Source of the DNA: Octopus sinensis
Lineage: Eukaryota
DNA length: 64,000 bases
Direction of reading: 5' to 3'
Assembly: GCF_006345805.1 (NCBI RefSeq)
Contig: NC_043004.1
Coordinates: 52,514,001 to 52,578,000, forward strand
Of this stretch, positions 39,161 through 54,590 are shown piece by piece. The position numbers and the translations under genes are program-made. Numbering within the stretch: position 1 is the stretch's first letter; every line of letters starts with the position of its first letter. Below the pieces are notes generated by a model. The model did no database searches and was not told where the DNA came from. It saw only the letters and a program-made list of their open reading frames with translations.

Positions 39161-39577
39161 ACTCTTTTACTCTTTTACTCATTTCAGTCACTTGACTTCG
39201 GCCATGCTGGAGCACCGCCTTTAGTCGAGCAAATAGACCCCGGGACTTATTCTTTTTAAGCCCAGTACTTATTCTATCGGTCTCTTTTGCCGAACCACTA
39301 AGTGACGGGGACGTAAACACACCAGCATCGGTTGTCAAGCAATGCTAGGGGACAAACACAGACACACAAACATATACAAACACACACACATATATATATA
39401 TATATACATATATACGACAAGCTTCTTTCAGTTTCCGTCTACCAAATCCACTCACAAGGCATTGGTCGGCTCGGGGCTATAGCAGAAGACACTAGCCCAA
39501 GATACCACGCAGTGGGACTGAACCCGGAACCATGTGGTTGGTTAGCAAGCTACTTAACACACAGCCACTCCTTGCCT
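39161..39577 (-). mobile_element. Family A SINE
   Basis: Near full-length similarity. Its empty target site reads aagtagcttgctaaccaacc. Confidence 0.88.
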
Positions 39578-39618
39578 ATATATATATATATTTATATATA
39601 TCTATATTATATATATAT

Positions 39619-39663
<45 letters not shown>

Positions 39664-40311
39664 TATATATATATATATACGTGTGGTATATATATGGTGT
39701 GTGGTGTGTGTGTGTGTACAGATGTTAGATAGAGAGAGAGGCCGAAGCACTCCTTCCTGCAAAAGGAATTAAATAAAATTCTTTTGCAGAGGGGTAAAAC
39801 AAGTGACAAGAACAGGACGTAAAAGCAATACAAATGAAGAAAAAACAGTAGAAAAAACAGTACAAATAAAGAATAACAGGACAGGAAACCAACAAGAAGG
39901 GCTTTTTTAGGCCTAGACGGTGTAAAAATTAGTTAGAACGCATGTGAAAAATCGACTTGCGAAAGACAGGGAATTCGATGTATGCTTGTTGAAAGCACGG
40001 AGCTGAAAGAAAGTTTAGTAGCACTCTGGTCAACGGCCAGAGAGAGGAGGAGGAGGAGAGAGAGAGAGAGAGAGAGAGGGGAATAGAAACTAGAAAGGGT
40101 GAAAAATAAGGAGGAGAGAGACAAGTAGAGAGGAAGATAGACAGGCAATGAGGAATGGTCAAGTAAAGAGTAAGAGTGCGCGTCATGATTATTCAAATAA
40201 AAACTTACTTGGAGAAGAGAAACAATGCGTGCGTCGGTCATATAATAAATAAATAAAATATATGCATATACATACATATATGTACATACTTACATCTATA
40301 TGTATATATCA

Positions 40312-40390
<79 letters not shown>

Positions 40391-40560
40391 ATGTGAAATA
40401 GAAAGATGAATAATCTGTTGCACATTAATCAAAAGTTTAACGATACGAAGCCTTTCGAAATTGTGTCAATCGGAATTTGGTAAATTGTGCCTTTCGAAAC
40501 ACGTGTAGAATGAAATAAAACGATTTCTGTTCAATCTTCGTTCAACTCCATTTCTTCAAT

Positions 40561-40602
<42 letters not shown>

Positions 40603-40904
40603 ATATATATTATATATATATGAGTACAGGACACCACAAAAGAACGTAGAACACAACGAGAAACGAAAACAAAATCGAACAAGGAAACGGACTTTTTTTA
40701 ACAACGACAATATATATATAATGATTTCAACAATATGGAGGGCATAAGTGGTTAACATATGTGTGTGTGAGTGTAGCACTTTTGGTTGTTTTATATATAA
40801 TATAATATAATATAGAAATATATCCATAACGAATCACTTGACCATTTAAAACCTTACTACAATCATGCTACCCACATTCCTTATTATTCTCCCTTCTCTT
40901 TCTT

Positions 40905-40997
40905 GTTGTTGTTGTTGTTGCTCTTCTTCTTCTTCTTCTTCTTCTTCTTCTTCTTCTTCTTCTTCTTCTTCTTCTTCTTCTTCTTCTTCTTCTTCTT
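40905..40997 (+). repeat. (TTG)n(TTC)n microsatellite
   Basis: Direct inspection. Confidence 0.95.
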
Positions 40998-41280
40998 CCC
41001 TACCAAGAATTCACAACGACCTCGAACCCTCAGCAGTATACAAGAAAGAGAGAAACATGCAGAAACAAGGAAAATGCCACTTGTATTTAAACACTATGCA
41101 AATATTCTCTTAAAAAACTTTTCTCTTAATGTTTCCCAAATTTAATTGTTTTCCACACTTACAGTTGAAAAAGTCTCAACGACTGAAACCAGCAGTGAAA
41201 TGTTTTTTTTATAAAATTATTTTAGCATTTTCTACCTTGACTTATTTCAATATATATACATATACATATGCATATATATG

Positions 41281-41435
<155 letters not shown>

Positions 41436-42597
41436 TTAAAAATCTAGCTAGGTGATAAATAAATCGGTCATAGAACTGGATACTAATAGATTTAAATGTT
41501 AGCAGGTATAAACATTTTCAGTTGCTATTTTTCGTGAAATATTTAAAAAGATATGTCGATCTCATTAAGTCTCATTATATTCAAACGATATTTTATTATT
41601 CTTGAAAAACTTGGTTTTCTTAATGAAGTGGAAACATCTGTAATTTATGAGTTGTTTCACTTCCTTGTATAAAATAAGTAAATTGAATTGAATTTATCAT
41701 TTAATGATTAAATTATTCTATTGTTGAATTTATTGTTTTGATTTCCATTTCTAATTTATATATATATTAATATTATTATTAATATTATTATTATTATTAG
41801 TATCATTATCATCATTATTATTATTATTGTTGTTGTTATTATAATTATTATTATTATTATTATTATCATTACTATAATTATTCTTTTATGAGACATATAT
41901 TAACTGAGGATATTTACTCGCATAAATTTAAGCACGTGGTATTTCATTATGTGGAATGATTTTTTACGCGAGTAACATCCATACAAATGGATCTGCTCTC
42001 TGTTGTACAAAGAAGGTAAATTTATAAGCAGCAAAAAAAGTAACACTGTTTGATGATACAGATAAAATTTATACAAAAACATAAGGGGCCTGAATAGGAT
42101 GAATAAAAATCTTAGATGAGATGGGATTAGGAGGATGAAAAAGGGACGGGTAAATCCTAGTATGAGCTAAAGCTAGAAGATACAGTAAAAGGTACACGTT
42201 TAATGGTTTCAACAATATGGAGAGCATAATTGCTTAAGATGGAGTTACACAAATTCAGTAGGAAGCAAGAAACGCAGCAGGAAACTCAGGTAATATCATG
42301 AAAATGGAAAATTTGTAGTTTGCTATAATAAAAGCCTAAATTTCGGACAAAAGATTTCTTTTTCATATTTGTTATAATGGTTTTGAAAAGTAGACGGGGA
42401 GATTGGCCGTATTTTATCAATACTTGTTTAAGGCCAAGTGATGTTCAAAAAACAAGCCAATAAGGTATAGTGCGATACTAGCGAGTTGATCTCCACCAAA
42501 GTGGATCATATAATGTGTGTATGCGTATAATTGTATACATTTATGTATATATTATGTATATATATTATAGTATATATATTATATATATAATATATAA

Positions 42598-42633
<36 letters not shown>

Positions 42634-42645
42634 ATATAATATATA

Positions 42646-43038
42646 CTAGCAGTATCGCCCGGCGTTGCTCGGGTTTGTAAGGGAAATAACCATATAAGCA
42701 TTTTTAGAGAGTTATAGCCAAAAAATAGCAAAAAATGCATTAAAAACGGAAAAAAATGATGGTAATTTTTTTTAAAGATCGTTGACTCATCGTAGACATT
42801 TTTAGAGAGTTACTTCCCTTATATGATAGCGAAAGAATGCATTAAAATGGAAAAAAATGATGGTAATTTTTTTTTTAAATCGTAGACTCATCGTAGACGC
42901 GCGCTAATACCCAGAAGGGCTCGATATGAATCACGACTATAAGATACCCGGTTTTGGTTAAACTGCACCGCAAAATGTGGGAGTAGTTAGGAATCTAAAT
43001 CGTAGGAGACAGACACACAACTTCACTTTTATATATAA

Positions 43039-43041
<3 letters not shown>
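42646..43041 (-). mobile_element. Non-autonomous Helitron (same family as 17051)
   Basis: Near-identical sequence with the same 5'-TC / hairpin / CTAG-3' termini. Confidence 0.8.
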
Positions 43042-43074
<33 letters not shown>

Positions 43075-43299
43075 GTAACCAATCCGCATGCAGATTGTGG
43101 AGGCATATTCCATTGCCCCACGTGCCCTTACATCTCTGTCTATTTATGTATGAATGTAAGTATATATGAAGGTATATATATATACGTATGTATGTATATA
43201 TCTCTCTGTCTGTCTGTATGTCCGTGTGCGTGTGACTGTCCATCTATCTATGTACTTAGCTATCTATATACATATAACCATACATGTATATTTGTGTGT

Positions 43300-43335
<36 letters not shown>

Positions 43336-43693
43336 AAGTGGGTACAGAGAATAACCCGGAATTTGGCAGTTATTTTATTCCTTTAGTTTCACATGTTTAC
43401 ATGTTTAATGACTCTGTCGTTTTTTTTCTTCGCCTCTCCCATGGCAAAAATTGACAAACTGGGGAAAAGCACGGCAAAACGAAGACGCCCAACGAGGTAG
43501 TACGACTACAGCTGACGGCGCCGCTCGAAAAAGTGATTTCTGAGGGTCTCGTCAAGTGGCTACTAGCAGCGTAAGCACTAAGTATAACAAGCATGTGCTA
43601 CAGAGAACCAGTTACATTTCGGTATCCCATCATGCATACATACATACACACATATACATACATACACACATGTATATATACATACATACATAT

Positions 43694-43733
<40 letters not shown>

Positions 43734-43931
43734 TATATAGATAGATAGATAGATATGTAAATATATATGTATATATATATATAATAAGTAATATATATTG
43801 TATATATATATAAGTATATATATATATATATTATATATATATGGGTATATATATACATACTTGTATATATGTATATATGTATGTATATATATGTATATAT
43901 ATATATGTGTATATATATATATATTACATAT

Positions 43932-43966
<35 letters not shown>

Positions 43967-44029
43967 TATATATATATTATATATATATATATACATATAT
44001 ATATATAATATATAATATATTATATATAT

Positions 44030-44082
<53 letters not shown>

Positions 44083-44345
44083 CAAAAATATATAATATAT
44101 ATATATATATATATACATGCCCGCAAACATACCAATAACCGATCACATATCCATAAAAAGTAGCCCGCTTGGCCTTGAAATACTCTGTTTGATATTCTGA
44201 CTAATGGCCGGGCGTGTTTTAATTACTCACAAATATATCTTCTGCATAAAGTATTGAGTGCAAATTACTTTGATGTATAAGCATATTTGTACACACGCAC
44301 AAATATGTTCGTATGTATAAATATATGAAGATATATATCTGTTTA

Positions 44346-44384
<39 letters not shown>

Positions 44385-44391
44385 ATATATG

Positions 44392-44443
<52 letters not shown>

Positions 44444-45308
44444 TTTGTGTGGTTATGTATGTAATTATATATATATATATATGTATGTATGTATATGTAT
44501 GTATGCATGTATGTATCTGTTTTGAAGTCCTTTCAGAATAGCCACAATGGACTCTTGCAAATTACCGAAATGCCATTCCGCTTGAAACGCGTTATTTTGG
44601 CGGTTTCTATTAATTGCAGGGCAGCTAACATTTCCAGTAAATAATCGCAACACCACCAATTCTGGGAAATCAAAACAGCAACTTCTCAATGAATATTTAT
44701 AATCCCTTTCTCTTGCAGAAACATGGCAAAATCCCTTATGAATAGTTATAAAACATACTTAAAATGTTCCAAAATTCTAGATGTTCCGCCCATCCTTACT
44801 AAACTAGAATATAGAAGATCAAAGAAACGCAGAGGATATTATATAACATGGAGCTGTTCTTGTGGTTCATGTTTGTTTTCTAAAATACAGGTTAAATGAT
44901 GAATTTTAATGTTGCTACCAAAATCCACATCAAAGAGGTGGATGAAGGTAGCGTTTTCATTACATTTTTTTGTTACTCTGTTTCACTTTTTATTATTATC
45001 CCCCTTTGGCCAATGCTCACGCCCCTCCCCCTCCCTGACTTTCAAGAAAGACAATACATACACATACATATACACATATATAACTTGTATTCATATGCAT
45101 TTCAGAGAAACACATACAAACACGCACACATAAACGGACACGCACACGCACCCACATGTATATATATATGTATGTATATATTTTCCTATACACGCATAGA
45201 AGGAAACATAAATACACTATATACATATAGCATATATATATATTTACATATATATATATATGTATATATAGAATATATATTATATATATGTTTATGTATA
45301 TATATTTG

Positions 45309-45340
<32 letters not shown>

Positions 45341-45496
45341 TATATAAATAAATATATATGTGTATATAAAATATATATATATATATATAAATAGATAGAT
45401 GTATATATATATAATATATATACATATATATATATATATTATATATATGTTTATGTAAATGTTTATATATATATACATATATATATATATATACAG

Positions 45497-45527
<31 letters not shown>

Positions 45528-46132
45528 TATGTGTATATATAAATATATATATATAAATATAGATATATGTATATATAAATATGTATATATATATATCATA
45601 TATATATATATATATATGACTTTGGCTCTCTTAGATAATTCTTCTAAGCCAATATATTACAATGCAACAACATACAATGCATACAATACGCGGAAGAAAA
45701 GCGATACAAACCTCATTTATGGCCGCAGCAATATCCAAGTTATATTCGCTGACGTCATTGTTTACCTTATATGGTCACACAGCTGACTTTGATCCATCCT
45801 CTCCGATGCAAATACGCGCAGAACCAGAGCTGCATTCGAGCACATTCAAACATGCGTTTATATTTACACACATTCTAGCTGTGTTTTTCTCTGGTCCTGT
45901 ATACCCCTCTCTCTCTCTAAATCATTTACTCGTTCTCTCCCACCCCCACTCCCTCCTTCCCACTCGCTCTGTTTCTTTTTCGATCACTTTCTTTCCTCTA
46001 GGGTAATCTTTTATGATTGAAGATAGAACATTTACACATATTTTATGTAAAATAACGATATATGTAGTTGTCAAAAGAAATTTAATTACATACATCGATA
46101 CACACATTTTTGCATACATGCATATGTATATA

Positions 46133-46167
<35 letters not shown>

Positions 46168-46440
46168 CCGGAGTAAACACATAAATGTGAAACAAGGTGG
46201 GAAAAAGAGTACTCAAATACCAGAGGTAGAGTAATATGCTTTATTTAAAAGCAGCAGAAATTTAAGAAAAGCTGTTACTCGGAGTTTCACGTTCCCGTCG
46301 TCGGACAGTTTTTAACAATTTCGACTTAACCTGTGTTAGACTATCTGCGAAAACCACCTTAGTGACTGCAGTTGTGTACAATCCAATATTTGATCATGTG
46401 AATTTGACACTTCAGTTAAATTTCCGCTGCTTTTAAATAA
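46168..46440 (-). mobile_element. Penelope-like terminal repeat with hammerhead-like motif (46272-46308) and ~25-bp inverted repeat
   Basis: CTGT-CCGACGA-CG-GGAA-CG-T-GAAAC-TCCGA-GTA^ACAG. Inverted repeat tatttaaaagcagcagaaatttaa / ttaaatttccgctgcttttaaata. Partial copies at ~53038-53120 and ~55350-55420. Confidence 0.55.
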
Positions 46441-46441
46441 C

Positions 46442-47245
46442 ATATATATATATATAAATATATCACGTGATCACGTGACCGACCAGACCATCAGATGTTG
46501 CTACACATCGCTGGTCACAATGCGTTCGCATTGTTTTAGCCTTCGAATGACGACACCCCGCTGGCTAAGCGAGCAGGCCAACAGACGAAAGAATGAGAGA
46601 AAGAGTGGTGAAAGAGTATAGCAGGATCACCCCCCCCCCTGCCGGAGCGTCGTGGAGTTTTAGTGTGTTTTCGCTCAATAAACACATAAAAGGCCCAGTC
46701 TGGGAATCGAAACCGCGATCCTACGACCGCGAGTCCGCTGCCCTAACCACTGAGCCATTGGAAACAAATTGATCAAATATTGTAAGGCATACTGCACACA
46801 AACACACACAAACACACACAAACATTCATCCACACGCAACATCAATACATATATATATATATAAATATATCACGTGATCACGTGACCGACCAGACCATCA
46901 GATGTTGCTACACATCGCTGGTCACAATGCGTTCGCATTGTTTTAGCCTTCGAATGGACACACGTCGCTGGCTAAGCGAGCAGGCCAACAGACGAAAGAA
47001 TGGAGAAAGAGTGGTGAAAGAGTATAGCAGGATCACCCCCCCCCCTGCCGGAGCGTCGTGGAGTTTTAGGTGTTTCGCTCAATAAACACAATAAAAGGCC
47101 CAGTCTGGGAATCGAAACCGCGATCCTACGACGCGAGTCCGCTGCCCTAACCACTGAGCCATTGGAAACAAATTGATCAAATATTGTATTGTAAGCATAC
47201 TCGCACACAAACACACACAAACACACACAAACATTCATCCACACG
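46442..47245 (-). repeat. Tandem duplication (~405-bp unit) containing a family C SINE in each copy (46462-46760, 46869-47164)
   Basis: Both SINEs share the same 5' truncation and the flanking gaaacaaattgatcaaatattg. Confidence 0.9.
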
Positions 47246-47272
47246 CATACATACATACATATATTATATTAT

Positions 47273-47307
<35 letters not shown>

Positions 47308-50300
47308 GGATTAGTGTCTGTGGTGTGTATATATGTGCTTATGTGCCTGTGTGTCTACTTTTTTATCTCCCATCTTCCCAGCGTTGCTAAAATAAAACAC
47401 GGCTGAAAAACTGGACGCTATTTGGTAAACTCGGCCTCTATCCCCACACTGGAGGCCTAGTAGTTTCATTAGAACGAAGTTCAATCATGGATATTAATCA
47501 TAACCTTTATATATATGTGCGTGTGTGTGTGCGTTTGTGTGTGTCAGTGAGTGTGTGTGGGTGGGTGTCTGTGTATGTGTATATATCAAGTGTATATATA
47601 AAGGGTAACAGATACACTACTTATATATATATATATACATACATACATATAATATGTATTGTACACGCACACGCATACATATGTAAAAACATGTATTGAT
47701 GAGGCGGTTAACTTTACTTGATTTATATGTATATATTTTCTACTAATATATACTTTACTACTAAATCATATATATATATATATAAATACTACTGCTGCTG
47801 CTACTACCATCATCACTACCACTGCGACAGCTAACTACTATTTTATGACAATTGAAATTCTCATTAACAAGGCGAATAGAGATCCTTTGAGAAACACAAT
47901 AATGCTTTCTAGCCAGTACTTATTTTTCATTCAAGAGAGTAGTATCTATTCAAAATATTTAAAACGCTGAAGCGATTGACCAGTTTTGTGTACACAATAT
48001 CGTTTCTATTGAAGACAGACTCGCATAAAAGGGCTGATGTCAAAGATGAAATACAGCGCCATATACACACACTTTTATACACACACACATATATACATAT
48101 ATATGCGTATGTATAATATATCTAAATATATTCAATATGTGTAGATGTTTTTTTCTAATGGTGTACAGGAGTTTTATATTAAGAAAAGAAGAAAGTTGTC
48201 AGTATCTGATAAATACTACATTGGAAGCACTTTCGCGCCCAACAGGGACTCGTGACTATTGGAAATTCTTCCCGTATTTGTGATTGCAGTTAATTGAAAT
48301 AGGTCAGTAGTTCAATTTGTTTACTTGGGTTTTTGGAAAAAGAATGTTTGAGAGCGGTTACTCAAGATAGTTCTTAGTCATTTTAAAGCTATATGTGAGT
48401 GAGTGTATTGTGTGCGTATCTGTGCATATGCCTGAGTGTATGATAAATTTTAAAAACAAAGCTTGGTTTGAAAAGAATGAAAAGATTTAGAAATAAAAAG
48501 GTGTTCTCTTCGATGGTTGATTTGATGACATGTCAAAATTTATCAAACATTTAATCAATTGCAAATAAATTCCTGTTGTTAGTCTTTAAATAGCTGACAT
48601 GGATTTGATCATCTGTTATGTGGCTGCTTATTGAAGAATAAGACGTAAGAAAATGGTGTTTTAAGGTACATATTTCGCAACATGACTGGGAAGGCTTTTA
48701 AATGTGTGCGTTTGTAAGTGTGTTATTTAAGACTTAATTTCTCCAGTAATATGAGTAGCAATATGAATATCATCATTAATAAAATGCAGTGATTACTCGC
48801 TTTGGTTCATGTGGAAAAGTAACCTTTTAATAAATATTCCTCACCTTTTTATAAATATACTTTGAACATGTTTAATTTTGTTGATATTTTTTTTCTTTTT
48901 ACATAAAATGCTTTTCCATTTCTTACAGGTATTTTGTATAATCTCCTGAGCATTTATAAAGTGGAAAGGTCTTGAATTTGTTGTTTCCGCATAATTGTAC
49001 GTTTCCTTAGCAAAAGAAAAATTAGTCGATTTGAATTTATTGCATTGAATACGTTGATCATAACTGGATCATGTTCGTTGAGAAACGGAATAGAATTTTT
49101 TTCGACTGTTTTCCTCGGCCTTCTTAGTTGTACAATATCTGGGTTCGCTGCTCATATAATCCCTTTGTTTATTAATTTCTCGGGGGCATTTTGAAGCTAT
49201 AGGAAGCCATTAAGTTCATTAAGTCGAAATTATCGTAATTTTTGGTCAATCACAATGCAAAAGTATATTGTGTCACATTATGTGGAATGTTCTGCTTGAT
49301 GTATGAGGGCTGGCAAGATCAAAGGATAGAATATTTTTGTGTGTCTATCTTAACATATATCAGTTGTTAGTTTGGATTTACATAATTTCATGTAAATGTA
49401 TAAGAACAGAAGGTGACTATAGCTAGTTTCTGTTATGAATGGAATATATTGATGAAGGGCGTTGATAATGTTATTGAATAATTGCAGTACATCATTTGAT
49501 TTACCCCTGAAATAAAATAGTTATCAAGGAAGCGTTTCCACTTTTCTATAATATACTTTTGAAATCTTGATAAAACGTTTTCTCTACTTCCTTGCATAAT
49601 GTTTCTTTCAAGAAATCCTTCACTTGATCGGCATATAGAAGCGGAAATTTCGTCGCAGTTGCAGTGCCCTTTATTTGCCAATATGTTTTACGATTGAAGT
49701 TGCATGCCCTTTCTTCTTGTATTAAACGTATAGCTTTGTGATGAAATCAGTTTTCACTTGTTCGACCCAGTACTTGACTACTTCCAGACAGTGTGTGTGA
49801 TATTTTAATATAAAGGTTACTAATACTGAGCCTTGTTAAGAAAGTTCTTTCTGAGGGGATAGATGGGACGAATTTGAGAAAATCTATGCCCTCTTCTATA
49901 TAGCAGGGTATTTTAATGTGCATATTGGTTGGGGAAGAAGGTCTCTAAAACGACTCAGTCTTAGAGTTGGAAATTGTGGCCCTGTATCTATTGGTCTCAA
50001 TTTAAGATCAGTGAGTCTTATTAATTTTATATTCTGTTTACTTATTGCCCTCTGAACTTTTATGGAATTTGGTAATACGTAGAACTTTTAAGTTTGCATA
50101 AATAGCCCTTTCCTTTTGCTTTCCTGCATTTTAAAATTTCTTATAATAATTTTGATCTGCTGCATGATCAACCTCAGCAGAATTCGAACTCAGAATGTAA
50201 AGCCGTACGAAATGCCGCTAAGCAGTTCCTCCACCGCGCTAATGATTCTGCCAGCTCGTGCCTTAATAATTCAAAATATTGCTCACAAAAAATGTTTAGT

Positions 50301-51260
50301 TCCTGGTTGATTACATTATCAGATGAAATCGCAATTATGACACTAGTCGTTAGAGAACCTACAGATTTAATCTCGTCAACAATCAATCAATTTGCTAAAT
50401 ACACCGGGATCTTTGTATTATCTTGCAATTATAGGCGTCATCAGGTGTGAGGATCCGAGTTTCTGCAAAATTATGACAGAGACAACCTAAATTAATTATC
50501 AGTTTCTAAAACTGATTACCTCTTTTACAGATTATGGGAAAATATTTGTTCCTTTGGTTTCGCTCTTTAATGCATATTGAAGAATGAATTTAGGGAACAC
50601 CAACTGAGCTATTGCAAAATGGATTCAACAAAACGTAGGAAGTAGATACGGGAGATTCTCGGAGGCACACTAATCCCATTTAAGCATGGACTGCAGGCAA
50701 TAGAAAACTACAAGATCCTAGAACTAAACAAAACATAAATCAAATATTTCTACTTAATCCGTACACAGTATATCACGTTGAGCCCCTATTACATCGAGTT
50801 TATTAACCCATTAGAAAACGTCTTCAAGGTTACAAACACAGGCTGAGTTTGGTAAGTCAGACGTGCTAAAAGCTGCATAGAAAATCGTAGCGACAGATTA
50901 CGTGAGTAAAATGTTATTGTTCAAAGAATCGTGAAATTTTATGTCCCTTTTATTAATTTGTTTCTTTATTTTATATTCTCGGCTGGTTTAAGGCACCGGT
51001 GTGTCTGTGTATATGTATGTATCTGCGCGAAATGAGCTGCGCGTGTTTAATAAATAAATGGAAAATCTTTCTAACTTCTTAGTCACTCAATCTATCTATC
51101 TATCTATCTATCTATCTGTCTTTCTGTCTGTCTGTCTGTCTATCTGTATGTCTGTCTGCCTGTATGTATGTGTCTGTATATATGCTTCTATTTGCCTATT
51201 TATCAGTGTATCGAATACATACATACACACATGTATACAAACACACACATACATACATAC

Positions 51261-51344
<84 letters not shown>

Positions 51345-51907
51345 TATATATATATGCATATATATACATATATATATACGCACACAGACACATTACACTA
51401 CTGATAACCAAGAAACGAACAGAAAGGTGTATCCCCACATGCACCAACAGCATACACACACACACATACACGCACACAAACAAACACAACAGACCAAATA
51501 CAGATGCACGCACATTTATACACCCGCACACACACACAAGTACGACAAAGCAAATACAGATGCACACAAACATAAAACACACACACAAACACACACACAC
51601 ATACAAACACAAACACACAAACACACTCAAACATATCTCACTGGAGGAGTGCCACATGGCATAAACTGCACCAGAAGCAGCTTAAATTTTTTATGAATTG
51701 TGACGTCATTTCACGTAGGTGTTGCAGCATTTCTCACCTGCTATTTTACTTGGTGAAATGCATCGTCATCTTCGTCGATGTCATCGTTGCTACAATTATT
51801 ATTAGCACTTAATTCTTTCTACATTTCTTAAACTAACTTCCTCAGAAGAGTCAACTTCAACATCGCTATTATAATTCCTTTCGTAGTCAACAGCTACGCA
51901 GTTATAC

Positions 51908-52126
51908 TCATCATCATTATCATCACGTCATCGTCATCATCATCATCATCATCGTTGCCGTCGTCGTCATCGTCGTCGTCTTCGTCATCGCCATCAATGT
52001 CATAATGATCATGGTCATCCTCACTGTCATCGTCATCCTGCAATTCCTCCTACTACCACACCTCCACCTCCTCATCATCATCAGCAGCATTGTGATCATC
52101 ATTATCATCCTCACCATCACCATCAC

Positions 52127-52161
<35 letters not shown>

Positions 52162-52286
52162 ACAACAACATCACCAACAACATCATAGTCACATTTACCA
52201 TCATCATTATCCCCATCATCATCATCATCGTCGTCGTCATCGTCATCGTCATCATAGTCATCATCATCACTGTCATCATCACCATC

Positions 52287-52318
<32 letters not shown>

Positions 52319-52346
52319 CATTACCGCCACCACCACCACCACCACC

Positions 52347-52379
<33 letters not shown>

Positions 52380-52440
52380 TTCATCATCGTCATCATCATC
52401 ATCATCATCATAATCATCATCACCTTTACCATGATCATCA
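51908..52440 (+). repeat. (CAT)n/(CAC)n/(CGT)n compound trinucleotide tract
   Basis: Direct inspection. Confidence 0.95.
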
Positions 52441-52746
52441 TAGAGAGTGTCCCTCGCAGCTATCAATCCGCCAGCACAAAATTGTGCCCTTTCGCTCCCT
52501 TCGTCCGTTCTTCGTTGAAGAAGATAGTGATCCTCGCTTGATTACTTGTCGATTTCTCTATGAATAATGAATTACGAAATAAAAAAAAAAAGATCATTGG
52601 TAATGTGTAATAGCAGCAACAATTTGATGTAGAATGGCCTCAATTTGTTCTCAGTTACATTTCAATGTCAGTGAAATCCTTGAACTCCTCCCCTTTCTCT
52701 TCCCCCCACCTCATCATCATCATCATCATCTTTACTCCACCAACAT

Positions 52747-52747
<1 letters not shown>

Positions 52748-52831
<84 letters not shown>

Positions 52832-52835
52832 GCTG
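52748..52835 (+). repeat. (CTA)n(CTG)n microsatellite
   Basis: Direct inspection. Confidence 0.95.
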
Positions 52836-53984
52836 CCAGTTTTTTTTGCGTACGCGAGTAAAGATTTGTTATATATTAACAAAAGAAATGACTTTTATTT
52901 TCTGAATATGAACTGCAGTGAAAATGAATTCTTACAAAATGTCGGCAGTATATCGCTAGAGATGTCGATGGGTCTTTCGGAGACAGCGACACTAACATAA
53001 CAAAGACACATATATAGGCATATAGTAGCAGGTTCTAGTTAGACTGTCTCGGCAAACCACCTTAGTGACTGCCGTTGTGTACAGTCCAATATTTGATCAT
53101 GTGAATTTGACACTTCAGTAAGTTCTTCAGTTAAGAAGGACTAAAACAAATACTTTCTCTCTCACTCTTTCTCTCTCTCTCTTCGCCTCTCTACCTCTAA
53201 CATTCTCTTTTTCTCTCTGTCTTCCCCTCTCTTTTCCTTTGTCTCTCTCTCTCTTTCTCTCTTTCTTCCTCTATGTGTGTGTGCTTGTGTGTGGATGTGT
53301 ATCTGTGCGTAATAAGCGAATAAGAAATGAAGACATGAAAATTCCTTATTACATAGTCATTTATTTAATTCCTTGTTACTGCTCCCTAATCGACTGACTT
53401 TTGGTTCTGAAGCATATGTATACTGAGTTCTAGCTCCAAGTTATTAGCATCCCTGTGTGTAAGCGAAATAACAAATACAACAACAACAATAACAACAGCC
53501 ATATTAATTATATGTATTTGTGCATGTGTTTTCTCTTTGACTTCTCATCCGCCACACTCTCCAACTCGCGGTCATCGTAAACAAGAAAGTTTTTTTTTCT
53601 TTTTCATCCTTTCCCCTCCAACACGCGACCACGCTCACTTCAATCCATATTTTCCTCAAATTATTCCTTCATTCTTTTCCTTTGTTAATACTGTTTCTTG
53701 TTCTGCTCATATTTGTAATTTCAAAATTTCCCGTTTCTTTTAATCCTTAACAACTTTATTGATTGTCGTTTTGTTTTCAGTTACAAATTAGAAACCATTT
53801 GCTCATATCCACTGAAGTCTTTCGATGGCAGTAGATGTGTAGAGGAATTAGAGCAAATCCATATTATGTTGAGCTTAATTATATCACTATTCAGTTTTCG
53901 TCACATACATCATGGTACTTATATACTCTCCGTTTTAAGGTTGTTTATATCTAAACGATTTCAAAAGTAATGTTTCTTTCAAAT

Positions 53985-54590
53985 TTTTGCACAAGGCTTG
54001 CAATTTCGAGGGATCGAATAAATCGATTACATCGACCCCAGAATTCACCTGGTCCTTATGTTATCGACCCCGGAAAGATAAAGGACAAAGTCAACAATGG
54101 TATATATTCGACTCAAAACGTAAAGACAGATGAAATGCCGCCAAGTGTTATACTAATATCTCTGACAACTCGCTGCATTAATCACAATAGCAATATCGAT
54201 CTCAAATGTTGGCACAAGGGAGCAATTTCGAGGAGTGGTAAGTTTATTACATCGACCCCAGTGCTCAAATAGTGCTTATTTTATTAGCCCGAAATGATGA
54301 AAGGTAACGTCGAACTCTGCGGACTTTGAACTCGGAACGTAAAGACTAGCGCCACCTTAATCTCAATAGTAATATTGGTTACGAATTTTGGCACAAGGCA
54401 AGCCAATTCCGAGTAGGGCTTAGTCGATTGCATCCACCACAATGCTAGAGTGGCACTTACTATATCGAGTCCGAGAGTATGAAAGGCAAAGTCGACTTCG
54501 GTGGAATGTGAACTCAATATGTATTGACAGACGAATTGCAGCTCAGAATTTTCCCCGACGTGCTAACGATTCTGCTAACTCGCAGCTCTA
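53985..54590 (-). mobile_element. Cluster of degenerate family B-like SINE fragments
   Basis: Repeated atcgacccc / gatgaaaggcaaagtcgac / gaactca..aacgta motifs. Confidence 0.6.

Noticed and set aside
43430-43620. GC-richer patch with ATGGCAAAAATTGAC, a possible first exon
   Set aside because: Short, no recognisable protein, weak splice donor.
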